Origin: Octopus vulgaris
Lineage: Eukaryota
NCBI GenBank assembly: GCA_951406725.2
Contig: OX597832.1
Coordinates: 39,432,001-39,496,000, forward strand
DNA: 64,000 nt
Reading direction: 5' to 3'
Shown: positions 41,182 to 54,167 of the stretch, in pieces
How positions within the stretch are numbered: position 1 is the stretch's first letter
How the letters are laid out: the number at the start of each line of letters is the position of its first letter
Program-made: the position numbers and the translations under genes
Notes under the pieces: generated by a model
What the model saw: the letters and a program-made list of their open reading frames with translations, nothing else
Databases searched by the model: none
Told to the model about the DNA's origin: nothing

Positions 41182-41812
41182 TTCTTTCTATCTATCTATG
41201 TCTATCTATCTATCTCTATCTATCTATCTCTATTTATCTATCTATCTCTATCTTTCTATCTATCTATCTATCTTTCTATCTATCTATGTCTATCTATCTA
41301 TCTCTATCTATCTATCTCTATCTATCTATCTCTATCTTTCTATCTATCTATCTTTCTATTTGTTTATCTGTATATAGATGTGTGTATGACTATGTACCTA
41401 TACATATACATACACACATATACACACATACACACACATACATACTTTTCCATCGACCTGCCGCTCTCACATAAAAAGATTGAGAGTATCAATGTATGTG
41501 CTTGTGAGGGCATGTGTGTATGTGTGCGTGTGTATGTGCACGTGCACGCGTTTGGATGTGAGTGCGTGCGTAGGTGCGTGCCTGCGTGCGTGCAAGCGTG
41601 TGTGTATGTGAGTTTTATGTGTGTAATTCTGTATACACTCTGCTGGTTCTCCGATTCTGCTCTGCTCTTAAAACTAAGGAAATTGTCTAGAAATGACTGT
41701 GCGACATCACGCCGGAAAAACGGCCGGTTGTAAATCGTAAACCACCGGTCTGCTGATCGGCTGGTTGGCTGGGCTGTTAGTTTGTTGGATACTTGAAACA
41801 ACAACTGTATAT

Positions 41813-41813
<1 letters not shown>

Positions 41814-41895
<82 letters not shown>

Positions 41896-42038
41896 GGTGG
41901 TGGTGGTGGTGGTGGTGGTGGTGGTGGTTGCTGCGGCGGCGGCGGCAAGGTATGTCTGTGTGTTGTTGTTGTTGTTGGTGGTGGTGATGGTGGTGGTGGT
42001 GGTGGCAGTTGTGGCGGCGGGGGATTGTGTTGTTGTTG

Positions 42039-42070
<32 letters not shown>

Positions 42071-42240
42071 GGTGGTGGTGGTGGAGGTGGTGGCAGTTGA
42101 GGCGGCGGGGGATTGTGGTGGTGGTGGTGGTGGTGGTGGTGGTGGCAGTTGTGGCGGCGGGGGATTGTGTTGTTGTTGTTGTTGTTGTTGTGGTGTTGGT
42201 GGTGGTGGTGGTGGTGGTGGTGGTGGTGGTGGTGGTGGTC
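41814..42240. repeat. Compound trinucleotide repeat (GCA/GTA/GTG/GCG/GTT) with a higher-order 29-bp unit
   Basis: GGTGGCAGTTGWGGCGGCGGGGGATTGTG occurs three times (~42001, ~42089, ~42141) between GGT and GTT runs. Confidence 0.85.
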
Positions 42241-42878
42241 AAGCTGTAAGAATGTGCTGATATATCTCATGAACGACAGAGCAAAGAAAACACTCATCAA
42301 GGCCTCTTCCAGTTCGGCCGATGTATATCGAGCATCTTATTGACCGCATCCGGCTGTCTGTAAAACGTTTCAGCATGAATTAATACGGCCCCCTCCATGC
42401 AGACACACACACACACACTCACATACACACGCGTGCATATATAAACACATACACAACCTCGTAAATATTGTATTGTTTTACAACAGTATAATAATGGCTG
42501 ATGGAGATTTACGTTGTATATATTGCAATAATCAAGTGAAGACGGATTAGTCTTTCCAGTGGACGGACTCCCGTGCAAACAGTTTATATATTTTTATCTT
42601 ATTCTCTCTGTTTTAGCATGTTGTTTTTTGGAGCTTTTTGTTTTATTTTTTTAGTGTTTCATGTTTACTTTGTCTCGCTTTTTTTTATGTTTGTTGGAGA
42701 TATTGATTTACCTTTTGTTTGTTTCTTTTTTCCTCTCTCTCTTTCTCTTTTCGATGTGTAATCATAATTACACAAAATACTGAAATTCCATATGCTTCTG
42801 TTATTTATAGTGGCATGCATATTACAAACCCAGCTGCCACCACCGCGGCCATCTTTTAGCATTCACTCATTTCAGTCG

Positions 42879-43186
42879 TTAGAGTATGGTCACTTTTTTG
42901 AGTGGCCATTTTTTAGAGTGGCCATTTTTTAGAGTGTGGCAATTTTTTAGAGTATGGCCATTTTTTAGAGTGGTCATTTTTTAGAGTGGCCATTTTTTAG
43001 AGTGTGGCAATTTTTTAGAGTGTGGTCATTTTTTAGAGTGTCGCCATTTTTTAGAGTGTCGCCATTTTTTAGAGTGACCATTTTTAAAGTGTGGCAATTT
43101 TTTAGAGTATGGCCATTTTTTAGAGTGGGGCCATTTTTTAGAGTGTGGCCATTTTTAGAGTATGGCTATTTTTTAGAGTGTGACCA
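42879..43186. repeat. Minisatellite, 16-18-bp unit TTTTTTAGAGTGTGGCCA, about 17 copies
   Basis: Contiguous tandem units with no unique spacers. Confidence 0.9.
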
Positions 43187-43324
43187 TATTTTAGTCGAAC
43201 GAATCGATCCCAGTACTTATTTTTCCTTTTTAAGCCCGATATTTATTCTACCGTTCTCTTTTTTTCTATGTGGTATGATTTAAGTATATCATTGTTGAAT
43301 TGCTTCATGCAAGTTCTTCTCTAA

Positions 43325-43363
<39 letters not shown>

Positions 43364-43365
<2 letters not shown>

Positions 43366-43521
43366 GACGGGTTTCTTTCAGTTTCCGTCTACCAAATCCA
43401 CTCTCAAGGCTCTGGTCGGCCCGAAGCTATAGTAGAAGAAACTTGCACAAGGTGCCACGCAGTTGCACTGAACCTGGAACCATGTAGCTAGTAAGCAAGC
43501 TACTAACCACACAGCCACTCC

Positions 43522-43522
<1 letters not shown>
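43364..43522 (-). mobile_element. SINE family A, 5' half, inside (TA)n
   Basis: ACGACGGGTTTCTTTCAGTTTCCGTCTACC...CCACACAGCCACTCCT. Confidence 0.85.
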
Positions 43523-43587
<65 letters not shown>

Positions 43588-43743
43588 ATATATAATGTAT
43601 TGTTCCCTGACAGAAAATTGAATAATAAAAGTACTCCATCTGATGAGAGATATTATTTATTAAAGAATTCAGTATTAAAGAATTCAGGCTACGAAAGGTC
43701 TTTGTATATTTTTGTTGGTCGTAATCATTCACACCAGTATGTA

Positions 43744-43832
43744 ATTCCTGATGAGGAATCTAATTTGTATTTCATGAAGAGTTTTCGTCGTTGTCTTTAG
43801 AATTAATCAGACTTCGAAACAATTTGTAGAAT
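43744..43832 (+). ncRNA. Type I hammerhead-like motif with long helix II
   Basis: AUUC-CUGAUGA-GGAAUCUAAUU-(39 nt)-AAUCAGACUUC-GAAAC-AAUUU-GUA-GAAU. Helix I is AUUC/GAAU and helix II pairs 9 of 11. Confidence 0.55.
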
Positions 43833-43933
43833 GTATATTAGTTCTGTACCAACTTGGATTTGAATTGAGGTTCATCTACACTTACAATTTTTTTTTCTTT
43901 TCCTTATACTTCATTTGTATACATATATATATA

Positions 43934-43978
<45 letters not shown>

Positions 43979-43980
<2 letters not shown>

Positions 43981-44032
43981 CAAAAACTGTCTGATGAACG
44001 GCAACGAGAAACTCAGAGTAACAGATTTTGTT
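43979..44032 (+). ncRNA. Compact type I hammerhead-like motif in a (TA)n-flanked cassette
   Basis: AACAAAAACUGU-CUGAUGA-A-CG-GCAA-CG-A-GAAA-CUC-A-GA-GUA-ACAGAUUUUGUU. Helix I pairs 11 of 12, helix II is GNRA-capped, helix III is palindromic (ACUC-A-GAGU). Predicted cleavage after 44020. Followed by AATAAA and (TA)n. Confidence 0.75.
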
Positions 44033-45182
44033 GAATTTTCTGCTGCTTTAAATAAAGTATATATATATATGTGTGTGTGTAAGCATACGGGTGTATGTGT
44101 ATGTGTGTGTTTGCGTGTGTGAGAGAGAGAGAGAGGAAAAGTGGAGTGCCACAATACAGGAAACGTTTACAAGGAAGGAAAAGAGCTTTTGGAAAGCAAT
44201 ATTCTTCAAGAGATGGTCGATTATTCCTAGTCTTTCTTCTGTTATTTCTCTCGGCAATTCTTTAGATATAGAAATAAATAGTAAAATATGTAAAGCATCT
44301 ATAACCTTTTCGAAAACTTGAAACAAAGTGTTTGGTTAAATTATGATTTAAAGCTCACATCTAAATCTATCAATATATCGATCTTTTTTTTTCTCATCCA
44401 CAAAATTTCTATATTCGTTCGAAACATCAACATCATAGCATCGGCATGATTGTCTTTGAGAGGTTTCACCCGAATATTTTATGCGGAATTGTCAAGCTAT
44501 GATGGCTAAGTCGTATATACAAGACGCTGTTGCGGTGGAAATGGCTGACTTACTAAGCGACTTTGCTCATTCTCTGTTAAGTCAAATATACTTGTTATAT
44601 CATCTTGTAACAATGGATGATTTTTATAATTCCGAAACAGAATTTTTACAGTGAATTAAGCAGAGGCATGCGGCCAAAAAAGCAGTTTAAAGATATGTTC
44701 AAAGGAAACATCCTACCATATTAAAACTGTTCTCTAGGAATGCGAGGAAAAAAAAAGTACGAGTATGATGATTTATGAAGGAAAACAATGAAATTGAAAA
44801 AAAAGAACATCGTTTGTACTGGACTGCGCTGAAAAAAATAATAAAACAGAGGTACATTCATATATGAAATAGAAGATGTGAATATTTAATTCGGAAATAT
44901 CGGGCTGGTTGTTCAATATGCAGGAGAATTTCGAAGTCTGCTTTTGTGAAGCATCAGAGAGCACAGTTTCTCAAAGAACCTTTGAGGAAATACATGGTCT
45001 CTACATTAAAAGGTTACATATTTACACATCTCATTTCGATTATGGTCGTCAACAAGACAAAAGGACAGCTTAGACACGTTGAACGAAATGCTTGAAATCG
45101 CATCTGAATCACCCTCAAATCATACCTTATCGCTTTAAAAAAATAAACGATGCAACGTAGTCCCTTATACACACACATACAC

Positions 45183-45221
<39 letters not shown>

Positions 45222-45224
<3 letters not shown>

Positions 45225-45303
45225 CGGGCTTCTTTCAGTTTCCGTTTACCACATCCACTCACAAGGCTTTGGTCGGCCCGAGGCTATAGTAGAAGACACT
45301 TGC
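45222..45303 (-). mobile_element. SINE family A fragment
   Basis: GACGGGCTTCTTTCAGTTTCCG...GAGGCTATAGTAGAAGACACTTG. Confidence 0.8.
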
Positions 45304-45309
45304 ACTATA

Positions 45310-45344
<35 letters not shown>

Positions 45345-46236
45345 ATGTATGTATGTATGTATGTATGTATGTATGTATGTATGTACCTATGTATGTAAGG
45401 TGTATTTCTATGTATATATGCATGTATGTATATAAGTATCCATCTGAGCATGCAAATGTATACTTTCGAAAGCAAAAATCGAAATATAAGCCAACAACTC
45501 CCCTACAACTTCCACTATGATTATCAACTTATCAACACCAGGAACAATACAACCAAACTAGCAACATTACCACCACCACCACCACCACCACCACCACACC
45601 AGTTGAAGACCATAAGTATAGCATTACAGAAATTTCCTTGCTAAAATCTACCATAGAAGTGTTGAAGAAGCTATAGAAGACTCTGACAACCTCCAGGTTT
45701 TCTTAAACTGGATCGATACGAACTGGAATCGATTTCCTAAGTGGATACACAGATCCCCGATTCTAGAATAAATTCGAGGAAATCTGTTAGACCATTACGT
45801 TTGAAAACCTCTGGTAATATGTTGAAATAATACATTACAGAACAATTCTGCAATTACTATAGACAGTAATGCTTGACCGTCTGTTACCATTATGTAAATT
45901 TAGTTGTGCTATTGATAATCTTCTTTATATTTTCTGTAAGTAGCGCCACGCTGCGGCGAGGCTGATGTTTTGAATTATGTGTAGAGTCCGTTCGACCGGA
46001 TTCAAGCGTGTCTGTTTAATTTCACATATGAAATTTGGGTCGAACCGAGACAAGGGTAAAAGAAACTTGCTCGAGTTGCCTCACAGAGAAATCACAACCG
46101 AGTATTTGTAACAGCGAACTGAACTCCTTTAACAATCGGTCATGTTTCATGGATATTTGTGTGTGCACATATGCGTCAAAGACTAGATAGATAGAGAGAG
46201 AGAGGGAGAGAGAGAGAGAGAGAGAGAGAGAAAGGG

Positions 46237-46755
<519 letters not shown>

Positions 46756-46771
46756 GATGGTGGGTGGGTGA

Positions 46772-47110
46772 TGACGCATAGGTCAGTGGTTAGAGCATTG
46801 GACCTACAATCGTGAGGTTGTGAGTTCGATTCTCGTATGGGGTTGTGTGTTGTGTTCTTGAGCAAGACACTCTATTTCACGTTGCTCCAGATCACTCAGC
46901 TGTAGAAATGAGTTGCGAAGTCACTGGAGCCAGACTGTATCGGCCCCTTTGCCTTTCTCTTGGATAACATCGGTGCCGTGGAGAGGGGAGGATGGTATGC
47001 ATGGGCGACTGCTGGCCTTCCATAAAGAGTTTTGACCGGACTTGTGCCTCCGAGGGAGGGGAAGTTTCTTGGTACAACTCCATGGTCATTTGTAACTGAA
47101 GAGCTTCTTT
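46772..47110 (+). mobile_element. tRNA-derived SINE (family E) with CORE-like central block
   Basis: Head GGTCAGTGGTTAGAGC...GAGTTCGATTCTC, followed by TTGTGTTCTTGAGCAAGACACT...CACTCAGCTGTAGAAATGAGT. Confidence 0.65.
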
Positions 47111-47153
47111 TATATGTGTGTGTGCATTTTATGTATGTATACGTACCATATAA

Positions 47154-47195
<42 letters not shown>

Positions 47196-47264
47196 GCACA
47201 CATTGCATATATATATATATACACGTACATTTATACGTACGTATATATATATATATATATATAT

Positions 47265-47326
<62 letters not shown>

Positions 47327-47331
47327 TATAT

Positions 47332-47437
<106 letters not shown>

Positions 47438-47468
47438 CTTTCAGCCTTAGTTTTTTTATCTCATTGCG

Positions 47469-47508
<40 letters not shown>

Positions 47509-48043
47509 GCACACATTACATATATATATACACGTACATATATCTGTAGGTATGTGTGCGCACGCGCGCGCGCATGTGTGTGTGTGTATGTGTGTGTATA
47601 CTATGATGTATATTGATAGTGATGTGTGAAGCTATCTTCTTGTTTCGTGTGTTAATTTCAATCTAGCAAGCGTTATTCAAAATGTCAATGCTTTAGATTA
47701 TCTTCCCAACATTATCAATATCAAACTCATCTCCGAAAATAGCGCCTTAAATATTTATTTCTTATTTTATGACTTCAAAAATTCCAGTTCGTTCATAGAA
47801 TTATTTACACTCAGAGCCACTGCAACAGATTGCGTGGTTTTTCGGTTTCTGTTGCAGCTGTTCTGTGTTGGTTTGCTGAACCGTAAATACAGAAATATAA
47901 TTCATTGTACAAGATTTATATATGCAAAGGTTCATACGTACAGACATACGCACGGAGGCGCATAAACACACACATACATACACATATGCGTAAATGCACG
48001 CATATACATACATTTAGATAAGTGGATCTTGACTGTGAGTCTT

Positions 48044-48130
<87 letters not shown>

Positions 48131-48609
48131 CGGGAAATACCGAGACCGAGGGTGAGAGACAGACAGAAACACATACATACATACATACATACATACATAC
48201 ATACATACATACATACGTACGTACGTACGTACGTACATACATACATACATACATACATACATGCATGCATGCATACATACATACATACACACACACATAC
48301 ATACATACATACATACATACATACACACACGTAAATACACACATACATACATACATACACACACACATACATACATACATACATACATACATACACACAC
48401 ACATACATACATACATACATACATACAAACATACAAACACACACACATACATACATATATACATACATATATACATACATACATACATATATACATACAT
48501 ACATACATACATACATACATACATTCATACATACATATATACATACATAGTATGTAGTAGTCCTCTCCTCCAAAATTTCCGGCCTTGTGCCTAGAGTAGA
48601 AAAGTATAT

Positions 48610-49570
48610 TGTTCCGGAAAGGTGTGGCTCCCGCGATACAGTCTGTCCTTCAGGACTGAGATGACACGCTGATGATAGTGAACGTGACCAGCAGTGTAGA
48701 TCATATTTTCAGGATAGTCGCCGTCTACACATGAAAAGAGTCAACATTTGTGTGGGTTGAGGAGTAGTGGAGTTGCTAAGGAAGGACTGAAAAAAGTCTC
48801 ACATTGATTTTTGATGTAAAACTCGAAGGATTTCAAGATTTAGTCCACTAATTACCGAAATAGATTAGTGCTTGTCGCCAGTAATCTAGTTGGAGATTTG
48901 AAGACATACGCCATTCTGAACCGGGCGCTTGGCATGAGGAATGTCATTATATGCTCACAGCCCACTGTTAGTTGGGCGATGCGGTCGTCAGAAATTCCAC
49001 ATTGACATTCTATAGAAAATTAGAGACTGAAAAGGTGTCCCAGATGCGAACAAAGCGACGAAAGTGTTCTGCATACACGCAGCTAAAACCCGAATATTGC
49101 TGTCTTAAAGAGTTATGTCGAACACTTGTCAAAAACCTGCTGGCACCTGACTCCATTGGGAAGATTACCCGTTGTCTACGTGTGGTCGAGGAGGTTAAGA
49201 AATTTTCAACTCTCCGGTGGCTTGGCAAACGAGATTGTGTGGTGAAAGATCTGTTTCTTTTGTTTTTTTTTTAATTATCAAGTTTCACTCGAAAAGAAAT
49301 AGAAAGTTTGTCTAAAAGTAGATGAGAGTAGCAAGCATGGGCCGAGTGAATTCGCCAGCATTGAGTATGCATCTGTAGGTTGGAGAACAACTAAAAAATG
49401 ACATTATTGTTAGTTGTTTGGGTGACGGACGTTTTTGTGGTGTTTCTATATGTAGCCCTTAGACGAGACTCCCCTTTCGGGAAACTTATCTTTGCAAGAA
49501 TATTTCCCATGGTTGCGCGTTTATTTATTTCTGTAATATCACACTGGATCGGACTGAGCTGTCATCGATC
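48610..49570 (-). mobile_element. Probable L1/Tx1-like LINE fragment (post-RT region), decayed
   Basis: Non-repetitive coding-like stretch. Minus-strand pieces ANSL...LIY, HFRRFVRIW and VLKDRLYR loosely resemble the Tx1 ORF2 C-terminal region. Confidence 0.4.
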
Positions 49571-49634
49571 ATTTTGTCAACTCTTAATAAAGAAATCGTT
49601 ATCATTGTTATTATTATTATTATCATCATTATTA

Positions 49635-49706
<72 letters not shown>

Positions 49707-49963
49707 ATATTCATATGCATATGTTTGAGCAAAATGATAATAAACAAAGAAAATACGCATGTGTGTATGTTAATATGCATATATGTGTGTGTGTGTACAA
49801 GAATGTGTATGTGGTGTAGGTGTGTGTGTGAGTTGTCTGTGAGTGTGCCCGAGTGTGTCTGTGTGTGTGTGTGTGTGTGGTGTGGTGTGTGAGTGAAGCA
49901 GAAATCTAATATGCAATTGAATTAGTGCTGCTGGTGAAAACATCAAATTATACATCTCCCTCC

Positions 49964-49999
<36 letters not shown>

Positions 50000-50398
50000 A
50001 TATATCTCTCTCTTCCTCTCTCTCTCTCTCTCTCTCTATCTGTTTCTTTGTTGTTGTTTTTTTTTCTTTCACTCTCTGTAAATAGCATGAATGGAAATTC
50101 AAAAGTGACAAGAATGTAAATAGTTATTCAACGTTGTTATTTTCCTGTAGCAACATTTGGGAACTAAAATAGATAAAAGCCTGAAGTTATAATCCCAGAA
50201 AATACAACAGAGTGTGAGAGATTATTGAAAGTCACATAAATACTCGCTAAATCTCTATATTTATAAATCTGACTTAAGCGAAGAAACACAGCAGAGCAAA
50301 ATCTGTTACATAGATTTTTGGGGTTTATTTCTTTTGGTTTTTTGTTTTTTTCATAATATAATTCGCTCTTATTTTCGAGGGTTATTTTGAAAGCTACG

Positions 50399-50453
<55 letters not shown>

Positions 50454-50573
50454 TCATACGCACGCACACACACACATTCACACGCACTCATACACACATG
50501 TGCATATATATGTGTGGGTGTAGAAATATGAATATATACATACACATGCATATACATATATATATACATATGT

Positions 50574-50608
<35 letters not shown>

Positions 50609-50638
50609 CTGTATATATAAATATATATATATACACAC

Positions 50639-50684
<46 letters not shown>

Positions 50685-50807
50685 TGTGTGTGTGTGTATG
50701 GCTAGCTAGATATACGCATGTATTTATGTGCTTACAAATCTATGCAATTCTATATGCATTAAGAAGAAATTTTAATATAACTATATGAGCATTGTAGAAA
50801 TACACAC

Positions 50808-51200
<393 letters not shown>

Positions 51201-51244
51201 AGGCATACGCACACACGCATAGAAGCTAATAAGCTAGCTTGAAC

Positions 51245-52100
51245 ATAACGCTTTGGCAATGACATGCTTTTGGTCCTTTGTTCTTTGTTTAATAAACCAC
51301 AGCATCACTCTTTAATTTGGGATCTTTTTAAACATCCTGGTGTAACTTCGATAAAGTCACTCTGATCTGAACATTTATCTTGACAACTGAACAATGGTGT
51401 TTCGAGCCTTGCAAGCTTGTTCAATATAACGCTGTTAATGATATTAACATAAACATCTTTTGGAGCTAAAACAGCTATTACTAAAAGTTTTCTTTCGGGC
51501 AGAAATGCATTACTGTATGACATTTTTATGAAAAAAAAAACCCAAAGAAATCATTTCCGATAAATCACAAATAACGTTAAATTCTTCAGGGATTTTAATT
51601 TCTCCATTTGTTTCTTCGGATGCATTGCCGTTTCCTCTCTCCACGAAGTATGAGGAATTTGAATTCAAATTGCTGCTTTTGTTCCTTTTCGTTATCTCCA
51701 CACAATTTGAATCGCTTGTTTTCTGTCAATTGAAGCTTATTGACAAGCCTCCACAATTATAAATTATCAAAACCGGCGTCGATAGTCTTTGTTCAGTTGT
51801 AATATTTAATCACAGCAAACGTTTGTCTAAAATACCCACCAAAAGCTATAAGTACGCCCCCAAACTAATACGTTCGTGTCTTGACAGTTTGCATCATTTT
51901 CGCTAGATCTTCCAGTATCTGTGGAAGGAAAACTGATTAACGCATTCTAAATCATGGCACCAGCTTCAATTATATCCAGTGCCTTCTCACTCTTTTCTGT
52001 AGCACCATGAACCTTGTTGAACGGAATAGCTAATGCTAAATAAACTTTTTCTAAGCAAGTTGAGTCTACCTTCTCTAAACCAGTATCATCCTTTGACTAG
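51245..52100 (-). pseudogene. Helitron-type PIF1 helicase remnant
   Basis: Minus strand gives FGGVLIAFGGYFRQT (51820-51864, cf. FGGxxxxLxGDFRQ), LWRLVNKLQLTENKR (cf. LWxxxxxxxLTENMR), GEIKIPE, and FLPER...AVLAPKD...VNIINSVIL (cf. ERAILAPKN...IN). Stops and frameshifts are present. Confidence 0.7.
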
Positions 52101-53002
52101 ATTGGTACATTCACTCTTTTCGACATTCAAAATACCCGGTAAATCAGTACAAATTAATTAATTAAAAGTAAATGTTAAATAAAAAAAAAAAGCAAAGGAA
52201 ATCTTAATGAAAATCGTGTAAATTAAAGATTATTGGTGCAGTAATTCTTTTGACTGACACGAGGACGTTCATCAATACTGCATAAGGCCTAGCAGTATTA
52301 CTGGTACAATATCTCCTTCAGGAACTGATGAAGGTGGCAACACATCTGGTTGTGTTTCAAATGTTTAACTCCAGTGTTGCACGTTTTTTAGCGATAATTT
52401 GTTTTAAAATATATCTTTCGAGATAAGCTGTTTTATATATCTGGGCTTTCCTTTCATAAATCTATCCTGCAGCAAATTATTTCTTGTTCGGTTATAAAAT
52501 TGCGTTATTCTTGCACTTCACCTGTCAACTGCATTTGCTTCTTTTCGCTGCCTCTTCCTCATTTCCATTACCAATTTCTTTGCCATCTTCCTATCTCTAA
52601 TCTCATCCATATTTTTCAATCCCTCAACATTATCTTATTATGGCTTATTATGGCAGCAAATCAATTTAATCATAAACAAATGATTATAGTTCATTCTTAC
52701 TTTTTTTTTTCTTTCAAAAACAAATCCTGTAAAGTCGTTCGTAGTTCGTTCACCAAATGTAGACTCAAATATCTGACATCAATTTATTCCACTCATTTTT
52801 TTTTTCAACTGTGAATACCTCCACAGACTTTCAAGTATCGGCAATGTAGAAGACCAATTCTCTCACATTAAATTCTCTAAGAAATTCTCGTACTGGTCTG
52901 TTGGTGTTAACTACACCTTTTGGTGCCCCATAAACAAAGTCTCCGAGTTAATGCAAAGCGAAAACATTTTTTGAGATGACGTTCTGTATCAGGATGTTCG
53001 GT

Positions 53003-53373
53003 GTGGAAGCACTCCGTCGGTTGCGACGGCGAGGGTTCCGGTTGATCCGATCAACGGAACAGCCTGCTCGTGAAATTAACGTGTAAGTGGCTGAGCACTT
53101 CACAGACACGTGTACCCTTAACGTAGTTCTCGGGGATATTCAGCGTGACACAGAGAGTGACAAGACCGGCCCTTTGAAATACAGGTACAACAGAAACAGG
53201 AAGTAAGAGTGAGAGAAAGTTGTGGTGAAAGAGTACAGCAGGGATCACCACCATCCCCTGCCGGAGACTCGTGGAGCTTTTAGGTGTTTTCGCTCAATAA
53301 ACACTCACAATGCCCGGTCTGGGAATCGAAACCGCGAGTCCGCTGCTCTAACCACTGGGCCATTGCGCCTCCA
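53003..53373 (-). mobile_element. SINE family C with 13-bp target-site duplication
   Basis: Reverse copy of 28455-28833. TSD CAGGATGTTCGGT at 52990-53002 and 53374-53386. Confidence 0.92.
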
Positions 53374-53932
53374 CAGGATGTTCGGTACAGTTTTCTAAAA
53401 TAAGCATTATTTTAGAGTCATGGCCCAGGCCACGCGATTCAGGGTGATATCTGGCTTCTGAAATAAAGTATTTAGATATAATGATAATTGTAATTCTCTC
53501 CCTTTGTTGACCCAGTAAGTCATTCTCTATTAGTCATGCCTTGAAACGACGTGGAGCGTAATCTTTTGTTGATCATCAATAACTTTACTTATGAGCTTTT
53601 GAAACATCAGAGTTGCCCAGCAAAATGAAACGACCTCAGTTGTCAGTTCTTCTCAGTGTGCTTCTCCAACACAGTCTCATTAGCATTCTAGATCTCGGAG
53701 CCTCATTAACGTCGTTATTAATTGCAGCAGCTACCTCCTTCTCTGTTGAACATTTTTCACTGCTCATTGCACAATATGTTAAGCCTTGTCGTTGTCTACT
53801 TGAACCAATGACACCCAAACTCACTATCATCACACTCGTAAAATCCGAGCCTTCATATTAGTTTAAAGTTGAAAGTTATTGAAGTTCTAGAGATGGATCT
53901 AAAATAGATAGTAGTGCCACTTGCTCATTACC

Positions 53933-54167
53933 TATTTCTTTGCTACCCACAAGGGGCTAAACACAGAGAGGACAAACAAGGACAGACAAACAGATTAAGT
54001 CGATTATATCGACCCCAGTGCGTAACTGGTACTTATTTAATCGACCCCGAAAGGATGAAAGGCAAAGTCGACCTCGGCGGAATTTGAACTCAGAACGTAG
54101 CGGCAGATGAAATACCGCTAAGCATTTCGCCCGGCGTGCTAACGATTCTGCCAGCTCGCTGCCTTAT
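53933..54167 (-). mobile_element. SINE family B, full length, with 16-bp target-site duplication
   Basis: TSD CCACTTGCTCATTACC (53917-53932) and CCACTTGCCCATTACC (54168-54183). Confidence 0.92.

Noticed and set aside
42879-43186. CRISPR-like array
   Set aside because: Units are contiguous with no unique spacers, there are no cas genes, and the context is eukaryotic.
43636-43704. CTGATGAG...CGAAAGGTC upstream of the 43744 motif
   Set aside because: No helix I or helix III complementarity.
45692-45814. hAT-like MITE termini
   Set aside because: The inverted match is weak and no 8-bp TSD is evident.
51305-52100. env-like ORF downstream of the gypsy integrase
   Set aside because: Translation shows PIF1 helicase motifs instead.
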